Source: Antechinus flavipes (Eukaryota). From it: DNA of 64,000 nt. The stretch spans positions 299,150,001 to 299,214,000 of the forward strand of contig NC_067400.1 of NCBI RefSeq assembly GCF_016432865.1, given 5' to 3'. A model generated the notes under the pieces. That model was given only the letters and a program-made list of their open reading frames with translations. It was not told the DNA's origin and made no database searches. Below, one piece after another: positions 48,661-61,559 of the stretch (the first letter of the stretch is position 1; each line of letters begins with the position of its first letter). Both the position numbers and the translations under genes were made by a program.

Positions 48661-49159
48661 CAATATGCAGCTTTGTGCAGTCAATCAATCAGTAACCTTT
48701 AGTAAGTACCTCTTGACACCTCCTACTAACAAATTAATGATAGATAATTCTATCTATAAAATCAATTCCAAACTTCTAAGAGATTCATCATAATATGATA
48801 TCCCTCCTTGGAAGAGCAGAAACAAGTCCATGAATCAAAGGAAATCTAAGGTCAGAACCTGCCCCTGATACCTACTTGTTGGATAATTATGCACAGATTA
48901 CTTCATGTTAAACCATAGATATATTTTTTAACACTGACCTCATAGAATAGTTGTGAGGCTCAATTATTTTGCTTACACCTTAAAAGTACTAAGAATACTA
49001 CTATTATGCTCTTGCCTTCCTGTCAATATTCACTGAGCATCAGCTATGTGCAGAAGAGGTCCCAACCTTATTTTCCTATATTCTCCTTGACATTAGTCTT
49101 CCAGTCTTATGTTGTCATACAAACTTCATCATCCAAATTCCTTGAAATTCCTTTGAATT

Positions 49160-50280
49160 TAATGAATATTTGTGAAGTGCATATACTGTACCAAGTAGGG
49201 CATTGTGCTAGCAATAAAAATACAAAGACAAGTAATATTTACACACACATGCTTATATGAGTAAATACAATATAGGGAATAGGGATTAACTCAGATTTCA
49301 TTGGTAAGAGGGAACTTTCATTGGTAATGAAAATTCCCTCTACCAATGCAGTATTATCATTATGACAACTTCTGTTGTTTGAACAATGTTTATGGTACTG
49401 AAAGTTTTAGATGATTTGCCCAGCACACAGAGCCATTATGTGTCAGAAATGGGATTTGAAACTGGGTCTTCATGGCTCTAATGTCATCTCTCTATTCACT
49501 ATATTATGTCGCCTTCCATACTTCAAGAAGTATGAAGAAAGGCCATTGAAAGAACAGGTAATCTGAGCTGTGCTTTGAAGAAATTCCATTAAACTAAGGA
49601 AAAGAGCAAGCATATGGTAGAAATGAGCCATTTTTTACAAAAGTAAAGTGGGAGATGTCACAAAAAGAAAATAGCTAGTAGGCCAGTTTGATTGAAGAGA
49701 GGAGTGTCTGAAAAGGAATAACATGAACTAAGAGCAGAAAGGTAGATCCAGCTTGCAGAGTAGTTTCAGTTCCAGGCAAATGATTTATATTTTATCCTCC
49801 AGGCAATAAGGAGCCATTAATAATTTTGGAGTTGCAAGTGATTTGGTCAGATCTATATTTTAGAAATTAGCAGTTTGACAATTGTGTGGAGGATGGGTTG
49901 GAGTAGATGGGAAGAGAGATCTGGAGTAGGGAGACTGCAGTAAGAGGCTATTGCAATATACCAGGTAGGAATTGATATGAGCATGAACTGGGGTAGTAGA
50001 TGACTGAGTGAAAAGAAGAGATTCTATTTACAATGTGGAGGTAGGGTCAACATTAGAGCTTCCAAATCTTCTTCCTCCAAAGACCCAACTCAAGCACTGT
50101 GAAGGCTTCTTGGACTATCCAGATACTTAGTGATCATAGGCTTATTGTCTATATTATATAGCTAAAATTCAGAATAAATTGTTTTCTCCTATTTGGCAAT
50201 TTTTGTCTATATCCTGTCTACCAAAGTAGACTGAAAACCCATATTATGCCCATAACTTAGCACAGCTCCTTGAAAACATT
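49160..50280. mobile_element. L2 fragments in both orientations with a nested CORE-SINE
   Basis: ctgagctgtgctttgaag...gaggctattgcaatataccagg (reverse L2); cttcttggactatccag...cttagcacagctcc (forward L2 tail). Confidence 0.65.
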
Positions 50281-50919
50281 AGAAACTCATAAATTTAGCT
50301 GGGTACCTGTTACACAGTGGGTATTTAAAAGTATTTGCTGATAATTCAATTAAATTTAACAAACTTTTTAAAGTACTTACTGAGTGAGTGTAACTACAAA
50401 GCCATAGATTGGGCATTGGGAGAACCTGAAAGATATGGCTCCTCAAGTGATGGATTTCACTGTCCAGCAAGATAGCTCTTTATATGAACACAAAGCAGTG
50501 TAATACAAAAATACACACTAAGTACATAAATGAGATTTGAACAAAATATGTGAGGCCCATTGTGTAGAAGCTATTACCAACTTTGGAAAGGAATGAAGGA
50601 AGGTTTTCAGAATCTATTGAACTTTTAAAGATATGCAGGTTATAGAGACCTATGATTTCATATACAAGCCCCATTTTCTGGTCTGATGTGTATATGAAAA
50701 TATCCAAGTGATTTGCTATTTAAGTTCAGATGAAGAAAAAAAGGAAAGAGCTGTAGGAATTCAATAGGCAGAGTTGGAATGATGGATCCAATAGAGGGAC
50801 ACTTGAAGCATAAGGAATAACATAAGTAAAGACATGAAAGTGGGAGGTGGGCAGCCTAGCGATCAGACCTGTGATTTTATTGGTATGGAAAACTCTTCTT
50901 GTTAATTGATTTAAGTCAC

Positions 50920-51510
50920 ATGCAACTCTTTGTTACCCTATTTGGGGTTTTCTTGGCAAAGATATGAGGTTTGCTCTTTCCTTCACCTCATTTTACAGAT
51001 GAGGAAATTGAGGCAAACAGGATTGAGTGAATTGCCCAAGGTCACACAACTAGTAGTGTCTGAGACCAACTTTGAATTCATTAAGATATATCTTCCTGAC
51101 TCTAGGGCTTAATACTTTACACTATGGTGCAACCTGGCTGCCCTACATGAGGAAATTCTCTCTTCCGAAGCAAGTCAGCACTTTCTTTGCAATTTATATT
51201 TTCAGTCAACAATTCTTAACTGAGATCTCTGAAATTGTTTTGATAACTATAGTTCATTATTATTGGTTTCCTTTGTAACCTGTATTTATTGTATGAATTT
51301 AAAACCATTATTCTAAGACGAGATCCATTGCCTTCACCAGATTATCAAAGGGGTCCATGACACTATAAAAGTTAAGAAGCTTTATCTTAGTTGACTAGAG
51401 AGGGCTTAGAAGTTAGGTGACTTGCTTAGGCTAACAAAGATAGTATGTATCAGAGATAGGACTTGAACACAGGTCTTCCTAATGCTAAGTCCATTTGTTT
51501 TCACTGTCTC
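50920..51510 (-). mobile_element. MAR1 (~50920-51143) and MIR3-like (~51380-51510) SINEs
   Basis: ctatttggggttttcttggcaaagata...cagatgaggaaattgaggcaaacagg. Confidence 0.8.
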
Positions 51511-52344
51511 TCATATGGAAGAAGGAGGAGTAATTCAGTTTGGCTGAAATATCAACCACCTAGGGAGGGTGAATGAATATATTAGCAGTGACTATTTGAC
51601 CTCGTAGTCAGAGGCTCTTTTGAATGAAGTGTTACTGTCTTTGCAGAGATTCTTCTTCCAGATGACTGCCCCAGATGGCAATATCCCATTCCTTGATTAG
51701 AAGCACCATAATTATATCCCGGGAATTTGCTTAAAGAGATTAATCATTCTGGCAGACAAATTTAGAACTTGCACTTGCTGTGGGATCTGCTCTTTAGATC
51801 CCCTGGGATATCCTGATTATACCTGATTGTTGGGACATTGCCAGAGTCTTGGGTGTGTCAGCAACTGGTTGGTAAAAGCCTATCGGGAAGAAAAACCTGC
51901 CTTGTTTCCATAGAGCCCTGAAGGCTGGCCTCTGGAATTATACTGAGACTAGTGAGATGGGCCAATGTGCTCAAAAGTGTTAGTAACCTTTGATTACAGT
52001 AATCCCTTTTTCTTCTTTCATCTTAAAAAAAGAGAGGGTCAAAATAATTCACACCTTATTCCTATGGACCTGGCTATTTTAGGTACTGTGAGTGGGTGTG
52101 CTTCGGACTCACCCTAGAGGAAGCATATAAATGCACATTTAAATTCTGAATAATCAGAATTAGACTATGTTTCTTAAAATCCATAAATTCTTCCCTAGAT
52201 CTATATGAATGACAGAAACAAATATACTTCCCTGAACAATAAATAGCAAATTCAACACAACCATTTGTAATACTGCAAGACTTACTTGCAATAGAAAAAC
52301 TCCAAGTCTGCAAATGGCAGTAGAAAGATATATGTATGATCTGG

Positions 52345-53560
52345 TCAGCCAGTCCATCAGCAAGCCTTTATTAAGCATTTACTATGTGCCAGGAACTACA
52401 TTAAATATTAAGAATGCAGAGAAAAGCAAAAATAGATCCTGCCCTCAAAAAGCATATATTTTAAATGAGGAAGAAAACATGTAAATTACTAGGTCAAATC
52501 TACCCAGCAGACAAAAGGCAATTCTAAAAGAGGAAGGCATTAGTAATTGGGGAAAAAGGGAAAGACAGAGTGTGGGATTTGAGCTGGGTCTTAAAGGAAG
52601 CCAAAAAAAATTAATAGGGTTAAAATGATGACAGGTTAAATTTAATCTGGCATCCAGAGAGGAAATTTTTTCTCAGCCAACTTGATTGGGACTGACTCCC
52701 TGATAAACTAATAGTCTTTGGTTCCATTATACCTACTGGAAGACAAACATAAATGTGAAATTTGGTCAATCTGATGACTTCAGCCATCTTATAAATCAAA
52801 TATACCAATTGTCTTGAGCTTGCTTTATCGGTTTTTTTTTTAAATGGTTGTTTTTAAAAATCTGTATCAAGGAGCTTAGCTAGAGAATTCCTTTGGATTA
52901 TTTACAGGAATGCTATAAATTTTCTTGGATGTGGGCTCTAATTATCTTCTCAAAATTTACAAAGTACTCACTAGCATTCTTAACACAACTATATAGGAAA
53001 GAAAAATACCATTGCTAAAGGGCAAGATAATACTGAATCAGAGCAGAGAGAGAAAGGGAAGGTAAAGCCATTTGGTATTTCCTAAAGTTGTGTTGATAAT
53101 AATAGCTGTCACTTTTATATAGCACTTTAACATTTGCTGAGTATTCTCATTTGATTCTCTTATAAAAGCTATTGTTATCCCCATTTTGCCATTGAGGAAA
53201 CTGAGGCAGTTATGTGACTTGCTGAAGGTCTTAGAACTTGGTAAGTAAAACCATATCTGAACTCAGATCCTCCTGACATCAGGCCTAGCTCTCCATCCAC
53301 TCTATCATGTTTAACCTGTTTAAAATTTGGACAGCTTTAGGTAAGAAAAAAAAAGACTTGAACAATCCTGATGATTACCAGGCCCATCATGCATTTTGGT
53401 ATAGGGAAAATAACACTGATTCTGAAGTCAAGAGGCCTGGGTTCAAATATTATCTTTGTTAGTTTTGTGAACTTGGGCAAGTTGGTTAACATCACTGGGA
53501 CTCAGTTTCTTCCACTGTAAAAATGAAAGAATTGAAGTAGATAACTTCTGAGGTCCTTTT
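52345..53560. mobile_element. L2 3' end (-, ~52345-52600), MIR (-, ~53095-53310), MIR3 (+, ~53390-53560)
   Basis: agcctttattaagcatttactatgtgccagg; gaggaaactgaggcag; cagtttcttccactgtaaaaatg. Confidence 0.75.
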
Positions 53561-54315
53561 GGGGTTGACTTCAGTGTCTCATCTTCCAAAATGACCTTAT
53601 TTTGAAAATAATCATCAAACTGTGTTTATTATACTGTCTTTTCTAATGGATAAAATTTGGGGGACCAGAGTGTCCTGATCCTCAAAGTGACAAAATAATT
53701 AATTTCAACATTATCAAGCACACTTCAAGATTTTCTTTTTATTGTTTTCCATTCATAACAATTCAATACACTGAAATGCTTAGCTAACTTGAAAGTTTTA
53801 TTGAGATTTAAGAACATGTTCTTTCCACCAGTTTTGAGAAATAAATGTCTAAATTTGTTATCTGTCTCTTCATATAAGACAGACTGAATTTTAGATATTG
53901 TTATATGGGTTTTCTATTTTGGGAACTATCTTCATACATTTTAACTCCCAAGCATTTAATAAAGAGTATTAAGTGTGCACATTATAAAATTTTTAAAATG
54001 ACTCATATTGCTATCTTCATATGTATCATTCCCTCCAAAAACAAGCCATATAAAACTCCTATTCCTGAAGTTTTGTGTTAAAGTGATCATTTCCAAAACT
54101 GTGAATATGTGATGAAACAAGAGTACTGTTGTGCTAGGCTCACATCATTTTTTGAAAATTATAATGTTTTGAAACTTCTATTCAGAATATGTGTATTAAT
54201 TTATTGGATAGTGAAAAATCTGCCTAAACTATCCTAAATAGGAAAGTCCAAACATATCCTCCTAGTTACCTAGCCTTAACGCCTTTATATTTGTGTTCAC
54301 ATATGATCAAATCTT

Positions 54316-55987
54316 TATTTATTATTATAGCTTTTTATTTACAAGATATATGCATGAGTAATTTTATAGCATTGACAATTACCAAATCTTTTGTTCCAAT
54401 TTTTCTTCTCCTTCCCCTCCCCCCCTCCCCCAGATGGCAGGTTGACCAATACATGTTAAATATGTTAAAGCATAAATTAAATACAATATTAGCATACATG
54501 TCCAAACATTTATTTTTCTGTACAAAAATGTTGTAGTTCTTGTTCTTCTTTATAAATAATAATATAAGATGGTGGTTCTCTCTGGGGGAGAAAGCAGGTT
54601 TCTCGGGGGAGGTTTTCTTGGAGGCAGCCTTAGTATCAGTTCAGATCAATACTTACCCCCAAATGCAGCCAGCTGGTAAAAATACAAACGTTTATTTCTC
54701 TCCTTCCAAGTCTTGTCTCTTTCCTTGGGCCCAGATAGCTAGATTCTTAGAGGCCTATCTCTCTGCTTGGTTTCAAGAGTTCCCTCCGAATGTCTCCAAA
54801 TCCAAAGGTTTTGTCCTTCAGCTTCTGCCTCTGCTTTCTTCAGCCTCCAGCCAGCACAAAGATGGAATGAATCTCTTGTCTCCTTCACTTGGGGCTTGGC
54901 TAGCTTTCTGGTGAGTCTTTTAGACCAGCTTGGTCTCAGTGGGGGAAGTGCAGGAGCCCAGCCACCACAGAGAGCCTTCTCAATCTCCCACTCAACTCTC
55001 ACTCATAGCTTCTTCCTCTCAAAACTCTTCCTTCGCTACCAGCCAGCCAAGTGGAAAATATTCGAATGAATCACTCTTCACTGGCTTATTTATGACTCTT
55101 CTGAGAGAATGGGATTATGGTTTTTCTCCCATAGTGCTCTCTGGCTCTAAGAGCTTCAAGGGAGGTGTGAATTCAGATACCTCATACTAAACCCTGAAAT
55201 TTCCCAAACGTGTGAACTCCAATGAGTAAAGGTGCAAACACAAGCATTGTATTAATTAGTTCTACTTAGTATCTTGTTTCAGGTTCTGACCCAAAACATC
55301 TTCTTGTAAGAGCAGATCAATAATCTATCAACTTTAATGAGTTAGCAGTTTGTAAAGATTCCAACACAAAAAGAATCGGATTTTGAAATAGTGTACAATT
55401 ATCCTGTAAAGGAAATCAAAAATGCAGGTAGACAAAAAGAGGGGGATTGGGAATTCTATGTAGTGGTTCACAGTCATTTCCCAGAATTCTTTCACTGGGT
55501 ATAGCTGGTTCAATTCATTACTGCTCTAATGGAACTGATTTGGTTCATCTCATTGTTGAAGATGGCCACGTCTATCAGAATTGATCATCATATGTATTAT
55601 TGTTGAAGTATATAATGATCTCCTGGTCCTGCTCATTTCACTCAGCATCACTTCATGTAAGGCTCTCTAAGCCTTTGTGAAATCATCCTGTTGGTCACTT
55701 CTTACAGAACAATAATATTCCATAATATTCAGATACCACAATTTATTCAGCCATTCGCCAATTGATGGGCTCACTCAGTTTCCAGTTTCTGGCCACTACA
55801 AAGAGGGCTGCCACAAACATTCTTGCACATACAGGTCCCTTTCCCTTCTTTAAAATCTCTTTGGGATATAAGCCCAGTAGTAATACTGTTGGATCAAAGG
55901 GTATACACAGTTTGATAACTTTTTAAGCATAGTTCCAAATTGCTCTCCAGAATGGCTGGATGTATTCACAATTCCACCAACAATGTA
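54316..55987 (-). mobile_element. 5'-truncated L1 (ORF2 C-terminus + 3'UTR) split by a solo LTR
   Basis: Reverse ORF2 end at ~55700-55987 (the track reads IVGGIVNTSSHSGEQFGTMLKKL in a shifted frame) and marsupial L1 3'UTR. The 15-bp TSD is atatgatcaaatctt (54301-54315) / atatgaccaaatctt (55988-56002). Confidence 0.9.
54529..55366 (-). mobile_element. ERV solo LTR (838 bp), probably class II/beta-like
   Basis: TGTTG...CAACA inverted termini; 6-bp TSD caaaaa (54523-54528, 55367-55372); on the - strand a TATA-like CATAAATA (55087-55094) lies upstream of AATAAA (54691-54696). Confidence 0.9.
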
Positions 55988-56019
55988 ATATGACCAAATC
56001 TTAAGCCAGTGGTTCAATA

Positions 56020-58280
56020 GAAGGATCGCTGAATTTGAAGTTGAATGACTAGGGTTCAAAATCTGTCTTCTGATATTTATTATCCAGGTGCCATTAGGCT
56101 TCACCTAACATCTCTAAGGCTCAGGTTCCTTATCTATAAAGTAAGGGGGTAAACTAAATTAACTTTAGAGCACTGGGCCTGGAGTGAGGAAAAACTGAGG
56201 TCAAATTTTAAATCAGCCTTATTAGCTTTAATATCATCTATCTCTCAAGAGTTGGTGTGAGTTCCAAATGACATATATGTAAAATGCTTAGAGCTGTGCC
56301 TGGTAGGTGCTTAATAAATCAATCCTTCCTTTTCCCCTTCCTTTTTCTCTTTACCCTTTCTTCTTTCCTTTCCTCTTTCCCCCTTCCTCCCTCTCTTCTT
56401 CCACCCTCTTCCTTTCTTCCCTAGATCTATTGTACAGTTGTATGACCATTCATGACCTGTGCGTTCTGGGCAAATATCTTCATATCTTTAAACCTTAGTT
56501 TTCATATCTGGCTTAGATGTCCTAGAATCCCTTCAGGGTCTAAGTATACAATCTTCTGATTCTGTGGTCTGAATATGTGACTATAATTACTTAAGCTGGA
56601 GAATCATAGCAAGGGAGCACACTGTCCTATCGTTACTTTGAAATTAAGAACAACTTCCACATTTGTTGATCAGCAAGTCTTACTGATTATTAATTATCAC
56701 TAAAGAAACTTTGTTCAATTTTTCTCTGTAAATTCCATTTTGGAGTTTTGTGTCATGTAAATAAGTGTTTTGCTCTTCTATTTGAACAGATTTTTCATTC
56801 CTTTGTGATATCACATATCACTATCTGCTATCTAAACCCACAGGCTACTAACTTGTAATACAGATCTCCCTTATTTTTAGACCAAGGATGTCTGCTAAGT
56901 GAGGCTATTTTCTCATTTGAAGGCATTATATTCCAGATACAAAAGTAGTCTGACCACAGAATATTGAACACTACCTAATTTATAATGTACTTATTGGCTT
57001 CATTATTAAAACAGTAATAACTTTAGCCACCAACACATATGTAAGCTATAAATGTATTCTTAAAATAAATCTCTCTGCATATAAGGGAGGGGGAGATTCA
57101 CTAATCTTCATGTGTAACTACTATTCAATACATTCTGTTCATGTTATACTAAGATGCTTACAGAAAGTTCTCTCTATATATGCATATATATAATTGATAT
57201 AAACATATAGCTGTAATATGTGCAGCTGTGCATATGTATATATGCATATGTGGATAGTCAAATACATTTTTGCATAAAATGCAGTTTTCGGATTTATTAT
57301 ATCACCAAAACCCTAAAAATGTAAGAATTAGGATTGAATATGAAACTTCATTCTCTTGAATTATTCTCAGATTAGCATATTGTAATTATATAACAAAACT
57401 AGGAAAGATGAAAATAATAATAATTGTAGCCAACATTTATATAGCCCTTTAAAATTTCCGTAGTGCCTTACTCAATATTATCTCAGTTCGTTCTCACAAC
57501 AACCCTGTGAAGTAGGTGTTATTATCTCCATTTTATAGATAAGAAAACTGAGGCAGAAGGAATTTTCTTTCCTTATAGATAAGGAAACTGTTACATGACT
57601 TTCCCAGGGTCCCAGAATAAGCATATGGGATCATATTTGAACTCAGGTCTTCCTAACTCCAAGTGCAACAATCTATCCATTGTAACCATCTAGATATTTA
57701 TTGATTGAATTATTTGAAAGACAGTAGCTACTCAATGCTGGGCAGTTAGGTAGTATAGCAGAGAGAGGGCTGGCTTCGGGGTTAAGAAGTTTTGTTTAAG
57801 TCATGTATCAGACACTTACTATGTGGCTTTGGACAAGTAATTTAACTTCTGTTTGCCCAGGAGCATCAATGCTAAGTGAGACTACTTTCTCATTTGAAAG
57901 CATTATATGCCAGATAAAAAGTTACCTGACCCAGACCATAGAATGTTGAACACTACCTAATTTGTAATTGTGAGTTACTAATGAGATATTTAAAAAAAAA
58001 AACATTTTGCAAACTTGGAATCATTATGTAAATTCTAGCTATTCTTATTGACTAGCATTTATATAGTGACTTAAGATAAGCAAAGTTCTTTATATTTATC
58101 TTATTTGATCCCTATAACAACCCTGTGATTTAAGTGCTATTATTATCCTCATATTTTAAATGAGGAAAAGGAGGCCTTCAAATGTAAAGTGACTCCAGGG
58201 TCATACAACTAGTAAGGATCTCCATCAGCATTGGAATTCAGGTTTTCCCTTTCCAAGTCTAGTACATTATCTTCCATATC
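56020..58280. mobile_element. Cluster of MIR-family SINEs (~56020-56330 +, ~57420-57690 -, ~57740-58030 +, ~58030-58280 -)
   Basis: CORE motifs such as acaaccctgtgaagtagg...agataagaaaactgaggc. Confidence 0.75.
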
Positions 58281-58719
58281 CTGTAGCTGCAGGTAGACAT
58301 CTCTGAAAGTACATTGGTACACTTTCCAAATTACATATATTAGAATAAAAAAAACCCTGGATAATTCAACCTGCTATATAATCTGTTAATTCCATGACTT
58401 GGCATTGCCTTAGGCAATATATAATATGTATAAAGTAAACATGAGGTATTATGGGAACTGTATTTATAGCCTTAGTATCACCTGTAGTCATGAATCAGAA
58501 ACTCCAGCATATGTATTAGTTTGGAAGAGCAGTCAAAAAGTAGGTGTCATAGATGGTATTCTACAAAACAGATATCCTTAGAAATATTTATCAAGTCAAC
58601 TTTAAGCTACTTAATGGCGTGAGACTTTCCTGGAAGAGGTTTGCTTTGAACAGTCCTAAAGGTAGAATGACTTTTTGAGTTGTAACTTTATCCATGTTGG
58701 TTAGTTTCTTTATTTATGT

Positions 58720-59093
58720 TTGTTTCTTTCTGTTGCTTTCTCTCTCTTATGCTTTCCTTCCTTTCTTCTTCCCTTTTTTTCTCCTTTCTTTCCTCTTTCT
58801 CTCTCATTTCCTCCCTTCCTTTCCTCCTTCTTGTCCTCCCTCCTTCCCTTCCTTCCTTCCTAACTCCCTCTCTCTCTCTCCTTCCCTCCCTCCTTCCTTT
58901 CTCCTTTCCTTTCCTTTTCTTTCTTTTCTTCTTTCCTACTCTTCTTTTCCTTTCCTTTCTCCCTCTATTCTCTTCTTTCCCTTCTTCTCCTTCCTTCCTC
59001 CCCTTCATTCTTTTCCTCTTTCACTCCCTTCCTCCTATCTTTTTTCTTTCCTTCCTTCTTTTCCTTTCCTTTCTTCCCTCTATTCTTTTCTTT
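58720..59093. repeat. Polypyrimidine (CTTT/CTTC/CT)n tract running into a gap; shorter one at ~56325-56420
   Basis: Read directly. Confidence 0.95.
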
Positions 59094-59223
59094 NNNNNNN
59101 NNNNNNNNNNNNNNNNNNNNNNNNNNNNNNNNNNNNNNNNNNNNNNNNNNNNNNNNNNNNNNNNNNNNNNNNNNNNNNNNNNNNNNNNNNNNNNNNNNNN
59201 NNNNNNNNNNNNNNNNNNNNNNN
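59094..59223. other. Assembly gap (N run)
   Basis: N characters. Confidence 1.
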
Positions 59224-60859
59224 AGCATCTGCAGTATTGTATTACATATTCAAGATACAAAGACAGAATCCAATATTATGAACCCTAAAGGAAATTACAT
59301 TCTATTAGAAGAAAACAACATATGCACATTTAAATATATAGTAATTTCCAGCAGGAGAAATGGGTTTATCTGAAGGTTTGTTTGTTAACTATAGGGGAAA
59401 AAAAAGGTTTCCAGGAGTCCAAAAGATAGGGAAGAATTGAACAATTATACCAGTAGTCCAGGGCTGATATGGATAGATATGAGAAAGCTGGGAGCAGTGG
59501 TTTGGGAAGCTCTGGAGCATTAGCTCAGGCAGCTTACAGTGTAGCCTACGCGGATTCTGGAAGAGCCATAGGACAGCAGGCTGTCATGCTTTCCTTAACT
59601 ATGTGGTAGAAAACAATAATTTGTCTGCCTCAGATTTTAGTTTTACCAATGTACTGTGCAGATTCCAATTCAAAACCATTTGGTACAACTTGGTCCATAA
59701 AATGAGTGAGAACATTTTATGAGACGTCTTCTTCATCTCAGGGGACAGAGCATAACTATTTAGCCACAATGCCCTTCCTGCCTGAAGGGGTTTCTACTAT
59801 CAGTATTCTTGTCCTGAATATTTTATGGAACTCTAAAATTTGCCTTAAATTACATCAGATTAACTAATATTCCACTGATTCTTTTAGATTTAATGTTTTC
59901 TTCTGAGTCATTTTCACTGGTTTTAATAGTGAAGCAAAACCTTGATTTTTTAAAAAAATAATTTAAAATGGAACATGTGTCCTATGTTAAATATCTCTTA
60001 CAAAAAGACAAGGTAATCATCTGATATTATCTTCTAGATAAGGATATGTTCCTGTAATATATCTCCTCACAAATTAAGACTTCTTTCTCATAGTTTTAAT
60101 GTTGGTTGTGGGGAGATAGAGCCAAGTTAATCCATCCCCTATCCTACTGTAATAGATAAAAAGAACCTAGACTTTTCTAATAGCAGATCTTTAAATCCCT
60201 TCATTACTAAGCTAGGAAGAGTGTCAAATCTTTTCTTGCTATGTGTGTAATAATGAGCCTAGGCAAAAATTCCTTATCTTCCTGGTTTCTATGCACTAAA
60301 GAAGCTTATTCATTCCCTTATCCTTTCCACGTGACTTGGCTCCATGTTCTGTTCCAAGGAAAAATAATATGCCCCTTCTTATTTGTAAGGCCTATTACTT
60401 TCACCTTGTGACTCATATTCGTTATCTCACTTGTCACAGGAACTGGTTCAACAAACACATATATTCAGCCATATACTCTCTCCGCAGCATCTCACATATT
60501 GGCAGGAACTGAGAGAGCAGATGAAAGCATCATTTAAACCTGGGCACTGAAAGGCCTTTGCATGTAATTTAAAGGGAGCAGCAAGTCCTAGCCACATCAG
60601 AGGCACCTGTGTAGTGGTTTTGTGAATTATATTCCATCTCTTTGTACTTAATGTGCAGGCAGATTTACTAGTTTCTTGTAGTCATATTCTCATTACAGGT
60701 TATGCCTTGAGAGTATTTCCCCAGTCACGCTTATGGGAATGTGCTTAGCAGGTATAAGCACTGAGATAAGGCTCTATACAAGCTGCTTGGACTATTTTGA
60801 CAGCCTAAGTAAAACCTTCACCTGGACAAATGATCTGCAGCTTCATTCATTAAGTGTTG

Positions 60860-61000
60860 ACATTGGCAGGAATCTTTGAGGTCATCCAGTTGAACCCCCT
60901 TAATTTTGCAGATGAACAAAGTGAATTCAGAAAAGGAAAATTATTTGCCCACAGTCACACAGTTAGTAGAATTGGCAGAGAAAAGTCCAGGTCATAGATC
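60860..61000 (-). mobile_element. MIR3-like SINE
   Basis: ctttgaggtcatccagttgaacccccttaattttgcagatgaac...ttgcccacagtcacacag. Confidence 0.75.
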
Positions 61001-61559
61001 TCTTGTGTCTCAACAAATGCCTTAGCAGGATGATGCATCCAGAAATTTTTTTTAAAGTCATGATCAAAACAACTGCAAAAGAATATTATGAGCCACATGA
61101 CATTTCAGAAAGGAAAAAGGGATTTTGATAATATTTCTGGTTATTGATTAATTAAATTTATAAATATTTGTCCAACTGAATTAGATCCAATTGAATTAAT
61201 GAACTTGTCATCAATAAATATGCTCAGGCTGTACTTATTGGAACAAATGCTTGACCCATTAAGGTCCCAGAATCTGCTGCAGATTGAAAGATTTGAAGAA
61301 AATCTAAATTCTACCATGTAGGGGATGTTTTAATAGATAAGTAATGACTTAGTATTATTGCCAAAATAGTTTTTAATACTATGGACTTCCCAATAGGATT
61401 TTAAGGAGTCCCATAAGACATCAAATGATATTTTTGAGAGTCTCTAATCTAGGCTAACCTAGAATAAGCATCTAATTATACTTGGTTAATTCTGTAATAA
61501 CTTGGGCTCTTTTTTATCTATGGAAAATACAATATATTTCTTCCCTTCTTATCTAAATT

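Noticed and set aside
52088-52114. C(UUCG)G tetraloop hairpin flanked by opposing GTGAGT splice donors
   Set aside because: Stem is short with a bulge and a mismatch, and there is no evidence of transcription; plausible by chance.
58688-59288. Long hydrophobic and Lys/Arg/Glu-rich ORFs
   Set aside because: Artefacts of the C/T simple repeat and the N gap.
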